Of a DNA stretch of 64,000 nt, positions 10,399-20,271 are shown in pieces. Every line of letters begins with the position of its first letter. The first letter of the stretch is position 1. The notes under the pieces were generated by a model, which saw only the letters and a list, made by a program, of their open reading frames with translations, ran no database searches and was not told the origin of the DNA. The position numbers and the translations under genes were made by a program. Source of the DNA: an uncultured Planctomycetales bacterium (GTDB taxonomy: Bacteria > Omnitrophota > Gorgyraeia > Zapsychrales > JANLHA01); contig CAZAXH010000001.1 of the NCBI GenBank assembly GCA_964489065.1, positions 155,460 to 219,459 of the forward strand, given 5' to 3'.

Positions 10399-12060
10399 AT
10401 GACGACACGCCTAAAAAACATCCAGCCCTTCAGCCCTGCGATAGCGTTCCTAGTGGCTTTCTGCCCGCTGTGTTACATGCTCCTGATCGCATCCCGGCTG
10501 TCAAAAATTTTCGGAGAGGACCTCTTCGTCTTTCCAACTGTGACCGCCCTTTTCATTCTTTTCCTGGGGTTGGGTAGCACGTTCCGGCACGCCCGGTCTC
10601 CGGGTCCGGAGGCCGGCGAAAAAGTCATATGGCTCGAACTGGGGCTGACATTCTTAGGGTTCTTCTGCGTCCTGGGCATTGATGCCTTTCTGTTTGATTC
10701 CCTGTCCGTTATTAACCTGGAGGCCGGCGTTATCGGGCTGGGCCTGACCGCGGGCATCGGATTTTTAAGCGGACAAACCTTCGCGCTCTTTTATCATTCA
10801 TCGTCTCCCCTGTTTGAGAAAAACCAGAACCGGATTCTGGAAAAAGTTTCCGTACTGCTCGCTGCCGGCAGCGCTTCGCTCCTTTATGCAACCGTGTTTT
10901 CCCCGGCTCTGGGGGACATCAAAACGGCCATCCTGATTTCCTTTATAAATTTCCTGTTGACTGTCCGGCTGTTTTTAACCCAAGAAGAGCGGCCCCGGGG
11001 ACGGCTCTGGATTTCAGCCGGAGCTGTCCTGAGCGGATTCTTTATCGCCGTTTCCCTTTATAGCGACAGGATAGAGAACAGGATTCTTCAACGGGCCTAC
11101 CTGGGACGCCAACCGGCCCAGCTTATAACCAAAAATCAATCATCCTCCCAACGGATTTTACTCTACCTGGCCCGCAAAGACGGCTGGCCGATTGTGGAGA
11201 CACAGAAGGAAATCCTCTCCAAACCCAGCCAATATTTCATCCTGGGGATGACAAACGGATTTATGCAGTTTTCCCTCCCTTTCGAATCCCAGATGGACCC
11301 GGAGCATGTGTTTCTGTTCGACCCTTACATAACTCTGCTGCCCTATATCAAAAACATCCTCATCCTCGGGGGAGGGGACGGGCTGGCCGTCCGTCAGGCG
11401 GTCCAGTATAAATCCGTAAAAAACATCACCGTAGTGGAATCCGGGCCGGCCTGGGTGACCACGGTCAAGAATAACCCCTATTTACAGAAATTAACCCGTC
11501 ACGCCTTTGAGGATCCGCGCGTTAAAACCCATTTCATGGATCCCCTAAAATGGGTTTTACGGGACAGCAGGCGTTACGACCTCATTATTGTTAACGCCCC
11601 ACCGGGTGGGACAAGGAATTTAATAAAAATAAAAACCCTTAGCGTTCAATTCCTCCGGGACCTCAAACGCTTGGTTTCAAAACACGGAATGATTATCCTC
11701 ACATCCTCCCGCACGGTGTCGTCTCCATCCAAAATTTCTGTTCAAGCGCGAACGGCCTGGGAAGCCGGCCTGACGGCTCTAGTAGGAACCTATGGCGGAA
11801 AAAAAGGCGCCTGGGGCAAAACGGAACAACTCGTCCTTTTCCATTCAGAAAAGACCCTCGCCTCTTTTCTGGATAGTTATAAAAAAGACTATTTGCCCCG
11901 CTTAAAATACGGGCGGAAAGACTTGGCCAAGTTCGGGATCATAACCTACTCCCTGCCCAGCCCGGCAGACCAATACCTCAGTGTCTATGACCCGTTTATT
12001 TCAAAGTTGCCGTTTAAAACAAAACTTAAACTCATAATGGAAGACTATGCCTCCCCCTAA
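10399..12060 (+). CDS. spermidine-synthase-family (aminopropyltransferase-like) domain fused to a polytopic membrane domain
   Basis: Multiple N-terminal TM helices. C-terminal ILILGGGDGLAVRQAV...VVESGP...DLIIVNAPPG polyamine-aminopropyltransferase fold motifs. Confidence 0.65.
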   Translation: MTTRLKNIQPFSPAIAFLVAFCPLCYMLLIASRLSKIFGEDLFVFPTVTALFILFLGLGSTFRHARSPGPEAGEKVIWLELGLTFLGFFCVLGIDAFLFDSLSVINLEAGVIGLGLTAGIGFLSGQTFALFYHSSSPLFEKNQNRILEKVSVLLAAGSASLLYATVFSPALGDIKTAILISFINFLLTVRLFLTQEERPRGRLWISAGAVLSGFFIAVSLYSDRIENRILQRAYLGRQPAQLITKNQSSSQRILLYLARKDGWPIVETQKEILSKPSQYFILGMTNGFMQFSLPFESQMDPEHVFLFDPYITLLPYIKNILILGGGDGLAVRQAVQYKSVKNITVVESGPAWVTTVKNNPYLQKLTRHAFEDPRVKTHFMDPLKWVLRDSRRYDLIIVNAPPGGTRNLIKIKTLSVQFLRDLKRLVSKHGMIILTSSRTVSSPSKISVQARTAWEAGLTALVGTYGGKKGAWGKTEQLVLFHSEKTLASFLDSYKKDYLPRLKYGRKDLAKFGIITYSLPSPADQYLSVYDPFISKLPFKTKLKLIMEDYASP

Positions 12061-12766
12061 ACACCTTTCATCCCTGCCTTCATGCGCCGCCGGCCACGGG
12101 GCTTTGACATATACAGCCCTGGCGACCGCTTTCAGCTACATTTTTTGTGACCCGGTTTTCGTGTTTTCCTTATTCTCAGGCCTCTATCTGATGGCCTGGG
12201 GCCTGGGAACGCTGCGGGCCGAAAAATCCCGCAGAAGCACGGAAGGGACTGTCGCACTGATCCTGTTTCACAGCCTTGCCGGCATTTTAATGGCCAACCC
12301 GGGCATCTGGGCGGTCCTCGCCGCCAACGAGACGGCCCGCGTCCTTCTCCGAACCCAGCATCAGGATCTGCTGTTTTTAATATTGCCTCTCGGGATCATC
12401 CTAACGGTCTGCTGCGGGTGGATTTTCGGGGCTAGGCAGGCGGCTATTTCAAAATTAATCAAAACTCAAAAATATCCAGAAGCCAAACCCAGAAAAAAAT
12501 TCTGGGAACAGGATTACTGCGGAGCATTCGCCGGGATCATGATCTTCGCTTTTATTTTTAATCCTTTATGGGGACTTATCCGCGGCATTCTGTTATCACA
12601 GGTTATCGCTCTGGGGGTGACCGATCTTGTTTTCTTACGGGCATCCCCGAAAAGCAATCCCCCGCTCCTTAAAATATTGCTCTTCCTCACCCATATTTAC
12701 ATACTGATCTCTATAGGGGCGCATCCTTTCGTCAGCAAAGGGTTGGACACAATCTCCGGATTTTAA
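12047..12766 (+). CDS. hypothetical polytopic membrane protein, overlapping the upstream gene by 14 nt
   Basis: Hydrophobic throughout. Likely co-transcribed with the upstream spermidine-synthase-like gene. Confidence 0.5.
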   Translation: MPPPKHLSSLPSCAAGHGALTYTALATAFSYIFCDPVFVFSLFSGLYLMAWGLGTLRAEKSRRSTEGTVALILFHSLAGILMANPGIWAVLAANETARVLLRTQHQDLLFLILPLGIILTVCCGWIFGARQAAISKLIKTQKYPEAKPRKKFWEQDYCGAFAGIMIFAFIFNPLWGLIRGILLSQVIALGVTDLVFLRASPKSNPPLLKILLFLTHIYILISIGAHPFVSKGLDTISGF

Positions 12767-12809
12767 TCTCCCGCGACCTGGGCCAGCCGGACTTTTCAGC
12801 CGCTTTCTT

Positions 12810-14160
12810 CTACCCTCCATGCCCCCGCCAAAAAATAAAATACGCCAACAGCAAGACCGCAACAACGGCCATAAGCCAGCTCACATCCCGTCCCCGGCCG
12901 CTCAACAGCTTAATAACCGGGTAACTGATAAATCCCAGTGCCAAGCCGTCTGCGATGGAATAACAAAACGGGATTCCGATCATGGTTAAAAAAGCCGGGA
13001 TGCTTTCCGAAGCATCGTCCCAGTCAATCTTTTTGACACTTTTAATCATCATGACCCCCCACGATAACCAAGGCCGGGGCCGTGATCGGGGAATAATTCC
13101 CGATCATCCCGATAAAAGGCCCGAAAAACAAAGCGGCGAGGAAGAATATCCCGACGGTCACGCTTGTTAAGCCGGTCCGGCCGCCGAAAGCGACCCCAGC
13201 CGCGCTTTCTATATAGCTGGTGACCGTGCTCGTGCCCAGGCAGGCGCCGCCCACGGTTCCGGCGGCGTCCACGATCAGGACCCGGCCCGCGCGCGGCAAC
13301 TGATTGCCGTCCATAAAACCGGCGGCCTCCGCCACCCCCACCAGGGTCCCCACCGTGTCCAACATATCCATAAACAAAAACACCATGATAAACGGTAGAT
13401 AGGACACCTGAAGAGCCTCGACAATATTCATTTTAAAAACGAGAGACTGCCGGATGTCCGGGAATCCCAGAATCCCACGATATTGGATCTTCCCCAAACA
13501 CAGGGCCAGGAGAGCGCCGGACAAAATTCCCCAAAGAATGGCGCCGCGGACTTTCCGCACGGTCAGGACGCTGGTCACAACAAGTCCGGTAAAAAAAATC
13601 AAGATATCCGGAGCCGCAAAATGGGTATTCAGGCCCACCAGGGTTCCCGGCTTGTCAACAATCAAACGACCGTGCTGCAGCCCGATAAACGTTATGAACA
13701 GGCCGATCCCCACCGCAATACCGTTCCTCATGCTGGGGCTGATCGCGTTCAGGATCGCTTCCCGGACCCGGAGGGCTGAAAGGATTAAAAATAGCACCCC
13801 GGAAATAAAGATAATCCCCAGGGCGGTTTGCCAGGCGGAAGCGACCCCCATCGCGGTCAGGGCCATGATCACAGAAACAAAAAAGAAATTCTCTCCCATC
13901 CCGGGAGCCAAAGCGATGGGATATTTCGCGTAAAGACCCATAAAGATGGACGATCCGGCGGAACTCAGGCAGGTCGCCAAAAGGACCGCTCCGAAATCCA
14001 TGCCCGTGGGGTTCCCGCTGAAGTCCCGGGAAAGCACGGCCGGCTGCAAAAAAATAATATACGACATCGTTAAAAAAGTCGTCAATCCGGCGAGGATTTC
14101 TTTCCGGGCGGACGTCCCGTTTTCCCTTAACTGAAACACCTTGTCCAAAAAACCGGCCAT
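12810..14160 (-). pseudogene. AzgA-family (NCS2) guanine/hypoxanthine permease split by a frameshift in a G6 homopolymer (minus-strand sense)
   Basis: ORF 13042-14160 starts MAGFLDKVFQLRENGTSARKEILAGLTTFLTMSYIIF (AzgA N-terminus). ORF 12810-13052 carries the conserved C-terminus MMIKSVKKIDWDD. Removing one G near 13046-13051 restores ...IVGVMMIKSV. Confidence 0.8.
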
Positions 14161-14171
14161 AGCACGTACCC

Positions 14172-14882
14172 CTACTGGCTTTTGCGCATCATGTTAAAAA
14201 ATTTCATCGCATCTTCCCGCATCTCTTCCGTGAGGGCCTGCCCCGTTTCAGGATATATTTTAAAAGTCACGTCATACCTTGTCACTTTAAGCAAATTATA
14301 AAACTTTTGCGCCTTGGCAACCCGGTTATCTTTAATAAAGTCGTCTTTCTCCCCGATCCCAACAAAGAATTTGACCTGCCGGTTCCTCATCAGGGTCGGG
14401 GGGGGATCATACTCCCCGGGCGCGAACACGCACACCCCCTGCACGATATTCGACCTTTTAAAAGCGATCCGGTGAACACATTCAGCGCCTCCGGAGAATC
14501 CGACAAAATACACCTTATTCTGGTCATAAGGGAAATCAGCGCGCAGTTCCAGCAGAATATGCATGAGCCAGAGGTCCTCTTTGTTCTGCAGCCGTTCAAA
14601 CCCGGAGGGAAACGACGGGCATATTAAAACATAATTGTCCCTGTCCGCGAGCGGCCCCCAGATATCCACGGCATCGCGGGCCGTTTCTTTTTCCGAGTGA
14701 ACCGCAACCAGGAGCGGATATTTTTGATCCGGGTTATACCCCTGCGGCGTCTGCACGAAATACGTCTGCGTGATATTTTTCTGCAACCGACGCTCGAAAA
14801 GTCGGGGCGGCGCGGCCTGTCCGTCCGAAACAATCCCCCACAAAACACTGACCCCAAGAAATAGAATCCTGATTTTTTTCAT
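14172..14882 (-). CDS. secreted alpha/beta-hydrolase (PHB-depolymerase-like esterase family)
   Basis: Signal peptide and GFSGGA (GxSxG) nucleophile elbow. Confidence 0.6.
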   Translation of the reverse strand: MKKIRILFLGVSVLWGIVSDGQAAPPRLFERRLQKNITQTYFVQTPQGYNPDQKYPLLVAVHSEKETARDAVDIWGPLADRDNYVLICPSFPSGFERLQNKEDLWLMHILLELRADFPYDQNKVYFVGFSGGAECVHRIAFKRSNIVQGVCVFAPGEYDPPPTLMRNRQVKFFVGIGEKDDFIKDNRVAKAQKFYNLLKVTRYDVTFKIYPETGQALTEEMREDAMKFFNMMRKSQ

Positions 14883-15235
14883 GCTTCTGTTGCCCCTCCC
14901 CTAAAATTACGCGCCCAAATGCGTTTGGATACTCCGGGCACTCCCGCCCTTTATCCGTCATTATATTGTGTCTGGGCCTAAAAATCCAACGCCTTCTTTA
15001 AAAAGGACTTTATCCCAGGCCCGGCGCCGGCGGATATCCCCGCTCCGGTAATAAATAAAAGGATCAATTCGCATTTCTAGTTTACGCTCCCTCAGGTCGC
15101 GTAAACTAAATGCTCATTGAATAAACAAAATGCTTTTCGCCATTTTTAAAAACCCGCCCGCTCAAGCGCGCGCTGTTGCGCCAAATTTTCCTGCATAAAT
15201 TTTCTCTCCCCCGGGAACGTCACGCCATCCAGCCA

Positions 15236-15751
15236 TCATCCCCAGCCCAGAAAACTCTGCACGGAGGCCCAGAGGGCTTGAAAATATTCGATAGCGGCAG
15301 GATCTTTAAATTTTAACGACCACACATGTTCCCCCACCCCAACCTGCGCTAAAACATACCGGCCAAACGCAAGTTGGCCGATGGCCGTTTGCCCCACCGC
15401 TATCTGGCCAAGAGCCAGGGCATAAGTCAACGCGACCTGCGCCACAGCCGTGGCCCCGACCATAAACTGGCCCAAGCCGAACAGCAGGCCGACACCGACC
15501 TGAGCGACGGTGATCAGACCAACCCCAAACTGCCCGATGGCGATCACGCCCCTGGCGACCATGAACCGGCCGCTTTGCTTGTCGCGGCCAAAGGCGATAT
15601 GTACCAGCGGCCAGCCTCCGACCCGCTGGGGGCTCTTCCACTCAAACCCGTAATATCGCCGGACCGGATGCCCGCACCGCGGACAAAGGCCCGCCGCCGG
15701 GCTCAAAAGGTTATCACACTGCGGACAAGGCACAAAATGTTTGTCTTCCAT
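15236..15751 (-). CDS. zinc-ribbon protein with about nine tandem 8-residue Gly/Ala/Val (glycine-zipper-like) repeats
   Basis: CPQC...CPRCGH zinc ribbon. Then IAIGQFGV GLITVAQV GVGLLFGL GQFMVGAT ... LAQVGVGE with 8-residue periodicity. Confidence 0.55.
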   Translation of the reverse strand: MEDKHFVPCPQCDNLLSPAAGLCPRCGHPVRRYYGFEWKSPQRVGGWPLVHIAFGRDKQSGRFMVARGVIAIGQFGVGLITVAQVGVGLLFGLGQFMVGATAVAQVALTYALALGQIAVGQTAIGQLAFGRYVLAQVGVGEHVWSLKFKDPAAIEYFQALWASVQSFLGWG

Positions 15752-15792
15752 AAAGATATCCTCGCGCAGGGGCCACCCGCGGCCCGATCGGT

Positions 15793-17112
15793 TTATAAAT
15801 GCTCCACGGCCAGAGACGCGAGCTTGGACCGCTCACTCTGGGTTAAAAGAACATGTCCGAATAAATTAAATTTTTTGAGACGCTCCACCACGTACGCCAG
15901 GCCGTTGGAATTGGCGTCCAGATACGGGTTATCAATCTGGGCCGGGTCACCAGTCAGGACAATTTTTGTCCCTTCCCCGGCGCGGGAAATGATCGTCTTG
16001 ATTTCATGAGGCGTCAGATTCTGCGCCTCATCCACGATAAAAAATTGATTCGGAATGCTCCGCCCGCGGATATACGTCACCGCGTCAATCTCGATTAACT
16101 CCGACTTATGCAAATTATCCAGCGTCAGGTCGCTGGTCGACCAGTCTTTATTTTGTGCATTCATGGATTGTTTCAGCAGAAAGACAAGGTTATCAAAAAT
16201 CGGCTGCATCCAGTAATTGAGCTTTTTCTCCTTGGTCCCGGGGAGATACCCCAGGTCTTTGCCCAACGGGACAATCGGCCGGACGACAAGCAGTTTTTCA
16301 TAAACCGGATGCCTGGCGAGGATCTTTTCCAGGGCCGACGCCAAAGCCAGCAGGGTCTTGCCGGTCCCCGCCTGCCCGACCAGCGTGACTAATTTGATCC
16401 GGTCATCCAGCAAAAGGTCCAGGGCGACCCTTTGCTCGACATTCAAAGGGACGATGCCCATAACATTGCAGGCGGCCGGGAGCGCGCACAAGGCGTCCTC
16501 TGCGTCATCATATTTACACAAAACCTGCGCGTCCGGATCTTTTTGAGCGGACACCAGGGCGTATTCATTGCAGTTAAAATGAAGGCCTTTGGGTTTCAGC
16601 GTCTGCCCCTGCCGCAATTTCTGAATATCCCGCTTCGGCAGAACAACCGGCTTCCACCCTTTATACAGAGTTTCATATTCGACCTTTTCCTTCTCATAAT
16701 CCGCCGACCGGATCCCCAGGGCTTCCGCTTTAATGCGGGCGTTCACATCTTTTGAAATAAAAAAAACCGTTTCCCCCCGCTGCTGCAGGTCCCAGGCCAC
16801 GCTTAAAATCTTGTTATCATTAATATTGGCGTCCAAATGGGGGAACTCCTCCGGCGGAGCGCCCAGGGAAACCACCAATACGCCCCGGTTGGGCATCTTG
16901 GAGCCCTGTTTTAACGCGCCGTGCTTAATGTGGATATCAATCTCCCGCAACACCTGGCGGGCGTGCATTCCTTTTTTATCGACGCTGTTTTTCAAATTAT
17001 CCAGCTCTTCGATAACCGTGATGGGAATGACCACCTTATTATCCGCAAACGAATACAGGGCCATCGGGTTATGAATCAAAACATTGGTGTCCAGCACAAA
17101 AATTTTTTTCAT
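15793..17112 (-). CDS. PhoH2-type protein: N-terminal PIN domain fused to PhoH-like ATPase
   Basis: VLDTNVLIH PIN acidic motif. GQAGTGKT Walker A. Conserved PhoH C-terminus. Confidence 0.85.
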   Translation of the reverse strand: MKKIFVLDTNVLIHNPMALYSFADNKVVIPITVIEELDNLKNSVDKKGMHARQVLREIDIHIKHGALKQGSKMPNRGVLVVSLGAPPEEFPHLDANINDNKILSVAWDLQQRGETVFFISKDVNARIKAEALGIRSADYEKEKVEYETLYKGWKPVVLPKRDIQKLRQGQTLKPKGLHFNCNEYALVSAQKDPDAQVLCKYDDAEDALCALPAACNVMGIVPLNVEQRVALDLLLDDRIKLVTLVGQAGTGKTLLALASALEKILARHPVYEKLLVVRPIVPLGKDLGYLPGTKEKKLNYWMQPIFDNLVFLLKQSMNAQNKDWSTSDLTLDNLHKSELIEIDAVTYIRGRSIPNQFFIVDEAQNLTPHEIKTIISRAGEGTKIVLTGDPAQIDNPYLDANSNGLAYVVERLKKFNLFGHVLLTQSERSKLASLAVEHL

Positions 17113-17172
17113 TGCAGCTCCTTTAAAAAATCCCTTTCCTAATTAAATATTTTCCAAACGCCACCCGGCTTT

Positions 17173-17661
17173 TTAAACCCGCGTCCTTAACGTGTACATT
17201 TTAGGATGCAACCGGGCGGGGTCGGCGTGATCCAGGAACAGATCGACAATCCGTCGGATATCCTTGGTGATCTTAGGAGACCGCCAGTGCTTTTCCTCCG
17301 GACGGACATACAACCGCCGGTAACTCAAATGCACGACTTCCTTGTTCCGTTTCCGGGTGAACCCCCCGAACTTTTGTTCAAACGGCGGCAACGCTTTATA
17401 AAACGCCCCGGTGTCGCGTACATAATGGACCGCGCGGGCGTCGTCGGGTTTCACCGCCGGTTTGTAAAAAAAGTCCAGGATAACGCTCGCGTGCAGGACA
17501 AACGCTTCCAGCAGGGCATTGTAAAGATAATCATCGTCAACCCCTTTAAGCAGGAGATCCATGACCCCGTAGAGCATGTGGACCTCATACCAGAGATGCT
17601 CCCCGGAAAAGGCGCGCAAAGTATGCGGGGGGATTTCCTTGCCCCCTCTTATTCCGTTCAT
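17173..17661 (-). CDS. hypothetical protein; start ATG overlaps the upstream stop (TGATG)
   Basis: ORF with coupled start at 17661. No recognisable domain. Confidence 0.4.
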   Translation of the reverse strand: MNGIRGGKEIPPHTLRAFSGEHLWYEVHMLYGVMDLLLKGVDDDYLYNALLEAFVLHASVILDFFYKPAVKPDDARAVHYVRDTGAFYKALPPFEQKFGGFTRKRNKEVVHLSYRRLYVRPEEKHWRSPKITKDIRRIVDLFLDHADPARLHPKMYTLRTRV

Positions 17662-19169
17662 CAGACAGCGGCCTCCACCCGGATCGCCCGCTGAAGGCTG
17701 ACCGGGCATTTATTCTGGCAGATCCCGCAGCCGACGCAAAGCGCGGCATCCACCACCGGGCGGTAGACATCGTGCCCGTCAATCCGGGCGATATCCAGCT
17801 TAATGGCCTTATCCGCGACCGGGCAGTGCTCTTCGCACACGATACACTGCTTGTTATGCGCCCAGGCTAGGCAAAGCGCGCGGTCCACTCTCGCCAGCCC
17901 CAGACGCGCCTGTTTTTTCTCCTCGCGGCTCAGCCGCGGGATAGCTCCCGTCGGACAAACCTGGCCGCACAGATTGCAGTTATACTCGCAGTACCCGATC
18001 TCCGGGACCAGCCGCGGCGTCCAGAGTCCCTGCCAGCCGGATTCCAGCATCACCGGCTGCAGCCCGTTGGTCACGCAGACCTTCATACAATTCCCGCAGC
18101 GCACGCAGGTATTCAAAAACCTATTTTCTTCTTCGACCCCGGGCGGGCGAATCACCGTCGGCCGGTTCGCCGCCGGAACCCCGCGCGCGCCCAGGGATAA
18201 AAGCGAGGATGCCATGAGCCACAAAAACGACCGGCGGGTCATGCCTTTTTCTTCCGTCCGCGGGGCGGCCAGAGCCGCTTCTTTGACACCCCGGAAAACG
18301 AACCGGGTCTTCCCCTCCGGACAGTCATACACGCAATCCATGCACAGGATGCATTCCCCTTTATCATATTCCCCCTCTTTGTTGATCGCGCCCATGCGGC
18401 AGCGCCGGCCGCACAGCCCGCATCCGTTGCAGGCTTCGGCCTTACGCTCCAGCCGCGAAAACGACGCGACCAGACTGTAAAACGCGCCCAAAGGACACAA
18501 CAGACGGCACCACAACCGCGCGACCACAAACGACGCAAACCCTATGGCCAAGAAATAAACAAAGGTAACAAAAGCGTTGGCGAAGAACGCAATCCTTACC
18601 CCCAGGAAACCCGCTTTCAGATCGCGGTAAAAATCATAAAATCCTCCGTAAAGGCCGAACTTCTGAATGAGCCAGATAAACCCGCGGTCCACCGCATAAG
18701 TTGCCGACGGGATCAAGTTGAAGGAAACCACGCGGGCCGCCGTGACAATGGGGTCCATCACCCAGGCCGCCTGCACCCCGGCCACCGCCAGCAGAAAGAA
18801 TACTCCCAGAAATAAATATTTAATACTTTTCAGACGCTGGTTCTGCGGATAGGTGGGGCCCCAGGGCTTCTTCCGGAAAGAACCGAAAAAATCAATGACC
18901 GTTCCCAGCGGACACATCCAACCGCAGAAAAAACGGCCCAGAAAAAAAGTCGCAACGGTCATCAGGAGAGCAAACACCAATCCCGGGATAAAGGCCCTTT
19001 CGCTCAGAGCGGTGGACAGCATAAGCAGGGGGTCCAGCTTAAACAAGACTCCCGGCGGGATCCCGCCCGACAAAGGATAGGTGGTGGACCAGAGGATATA
19101 AATAAAAAGTCCTAAAAAAATAATTTGTGAGCCACGTCTTAAGAATACAAGTTTTCTCATAAACCCCAA
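17661..19169 (-). CDS. membrane-bound polyferredoxin (NapH/MauN/CcoG-like) with about six 4Fe-4S cysteine clusters
   Basis: N-terminal TM region with the CGWMCPLG motif. Repeated CxxCxxCxxxCP motifs: CNGCGLCGRRC, CILCMDCVYDCP, CVRCGNCMKVC, CNLCGQVCP, CIVCEEHCP, CVGCGICQNKCP. Confidence 0.8.
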   Translation of the reverse strand: MGFMRKLVFLRRGSQIIFLGLFIYILWSTTYPLSGGIPPGVLFKLDPLLMLSTALSERAFIPGLVFALLMTVATFFLGRFFCGWMCPLGTVIDFFGSFRKKPWGPTYPQNQRLKSIKYLFLGVFFLLAVAGVQAAWVMDPIVTAARVVSFNLIPSATYAVDRGFIWLIQKFGLYGGFYDFYRDLKAGFLGVRIAFFANAFVTFVYFLAIGFASFVVARLWCRLLCPLGAFYSLVASFSRLERKAEACNGCGLCGRRCRMGAINKEGEYDKGECILCMDCVYDCPEGKTRFVFRGVKEAALAAPRTEEKGMTRRSFLWLMASSLLSLGARGVPAANRPTVIRPPGVEEENRFLNTCVRCGNCMKVCVTNGLQPVMLESGWQGLWTPRLVPEIGYCEYNCNLCGQVCPTGAIPRLSREEKKQARLGLARVDRALCLAWAHNKQCIVCEEHCPVADKAIKLDIARIDGHDVYRPVVDAALCVGCGICQNKCPVSLQRAIRVEAAV

Positions 19170-19249
19170 TCCCGTCCCCCCTCAAAAAAGCCTGTTCCTC
19201 AGCGATACGGAGTGAAGCGTCACAAAAACATTTTACGACGGGGCCGTCC

Positions 19250-20230
19250 TCAGGACTGAATACTCAGGATATCCGCTTGGGTCAAATCGCTGCGGCCGAA
19301 CCCCCGGGCCATAGCGGCTTTTAAATACGGGATATCCGCCGGATCCACCTTGACCAGGGAACAGGCATAAACGTCAGCCAAGGTCGGGTCAGTCGCGGCG
19401 ATGACCGTATTGAACACCTGCACGTCGGCTTCATTCCCGCCGCTGGGACCGTTACGCACCAGCACCCGGGTCGCATCAATCACCGTCAAATCCGGGCTGA
19501 TAAAATCAGCCATGTCCACCAGTTTGGGGCCGATATCCAAATGAATCAGCCCGCGCTTGCCGCTGCAGACGCCCATCAGGTTTTTCATCGACAAAGTCAA
19601 TTTCGTGTAGCCATGATGCTTCAGAACCGGAACATTGATGAAAGTATCACACTCGACCGCGTCCCGGAGGACCGGCCAGCCTTCCATAGAGCTGTTGTAA
19701 GCGAATTTCGCCTTCACGACATTCCAGTGGTCCGCGAAATAAACAAACGCCCCTTTTTCTTTGGCCGCCGCCGCTATCCCGGAGTGTTCGTAAACAGGGC
19801 GGTCCTCGTTACAGGGGATATCGAACACGTTCACGCGTTTAGCGCCGGCTTGATAACACATCTCCACCAGAGCGGCCACCACTGCCGGCTCGGTATTCGC
19901 CGCCTGCCGCGGGGCGCGGTCCCAGGCCATATTCGGCTTGACGACGACCACGTCCCCTTTTTTCACGAAACGGCCCATCCCGCCCATCGCTTCGACCGCC
20001 TTGACCGTGTTCTTATACGCGTCCTCGCCCTTGACCGCCACGACATCATGCGCACCCTTCAGGCCTTTTTTAGGGCGACCGGACGAAACCTCGCTTTTAG
20101 CAAAAGCCGCCTTCAGGAATTGGTTCCCGGCGATAAATGACAACAACGCCGCGCAGCAGACTTTCAGAAATCCTTTGCGGGTCATTTGTTTTTTTAAAAA
20201 AATTTCCAAATGATAAAGAAATCTTTCCAT
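19250..20230 (-). CDS. DUF362 domain protein with Tat-like (RK-variant) signal peptide
   Basis: DUF362-like core. N-terminal MTRKGFLKVCCAALLSFIAG signal. AAGGAAGG RBS before ATG 20230. The ORF-track start at 20299 would overlap tatC. Confidence 0.6.
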   Translation of the reverse strand: MERFLYHLEIFLKKQMTRKGFLKVCCAALLSFIAGNQFLKAAFAKSEVSSGRPKKGLKGAHDVVAVKGEDAYKNTVKAVEAMGGMGRFVKKGDVVVVKPNMAWDRAPRQAANTEPAVVAALVEMCYQAGAKRVNVFDIPCNEDRPVYEHSGIAAAAKEKGAFVYFADHWNVVKAKFAYNSSMEGWPVLRDAVECDTFINVPVLKHHGYTKLTLSMKNLMGVCSGKRGLIHLDIGPKLVDMADFISPDLTVIDATRVLVRNGPSGGNEADVQVFNTVIAATDPTLADVYACSLVKVDPADIPYLKAAMARGFGRSDLTQADILSIQS

Positions 20231-20271
20231 AGCGCCCTTCCTTTCCGCCCCCTCGTTAAAAGAGCCGGGGC

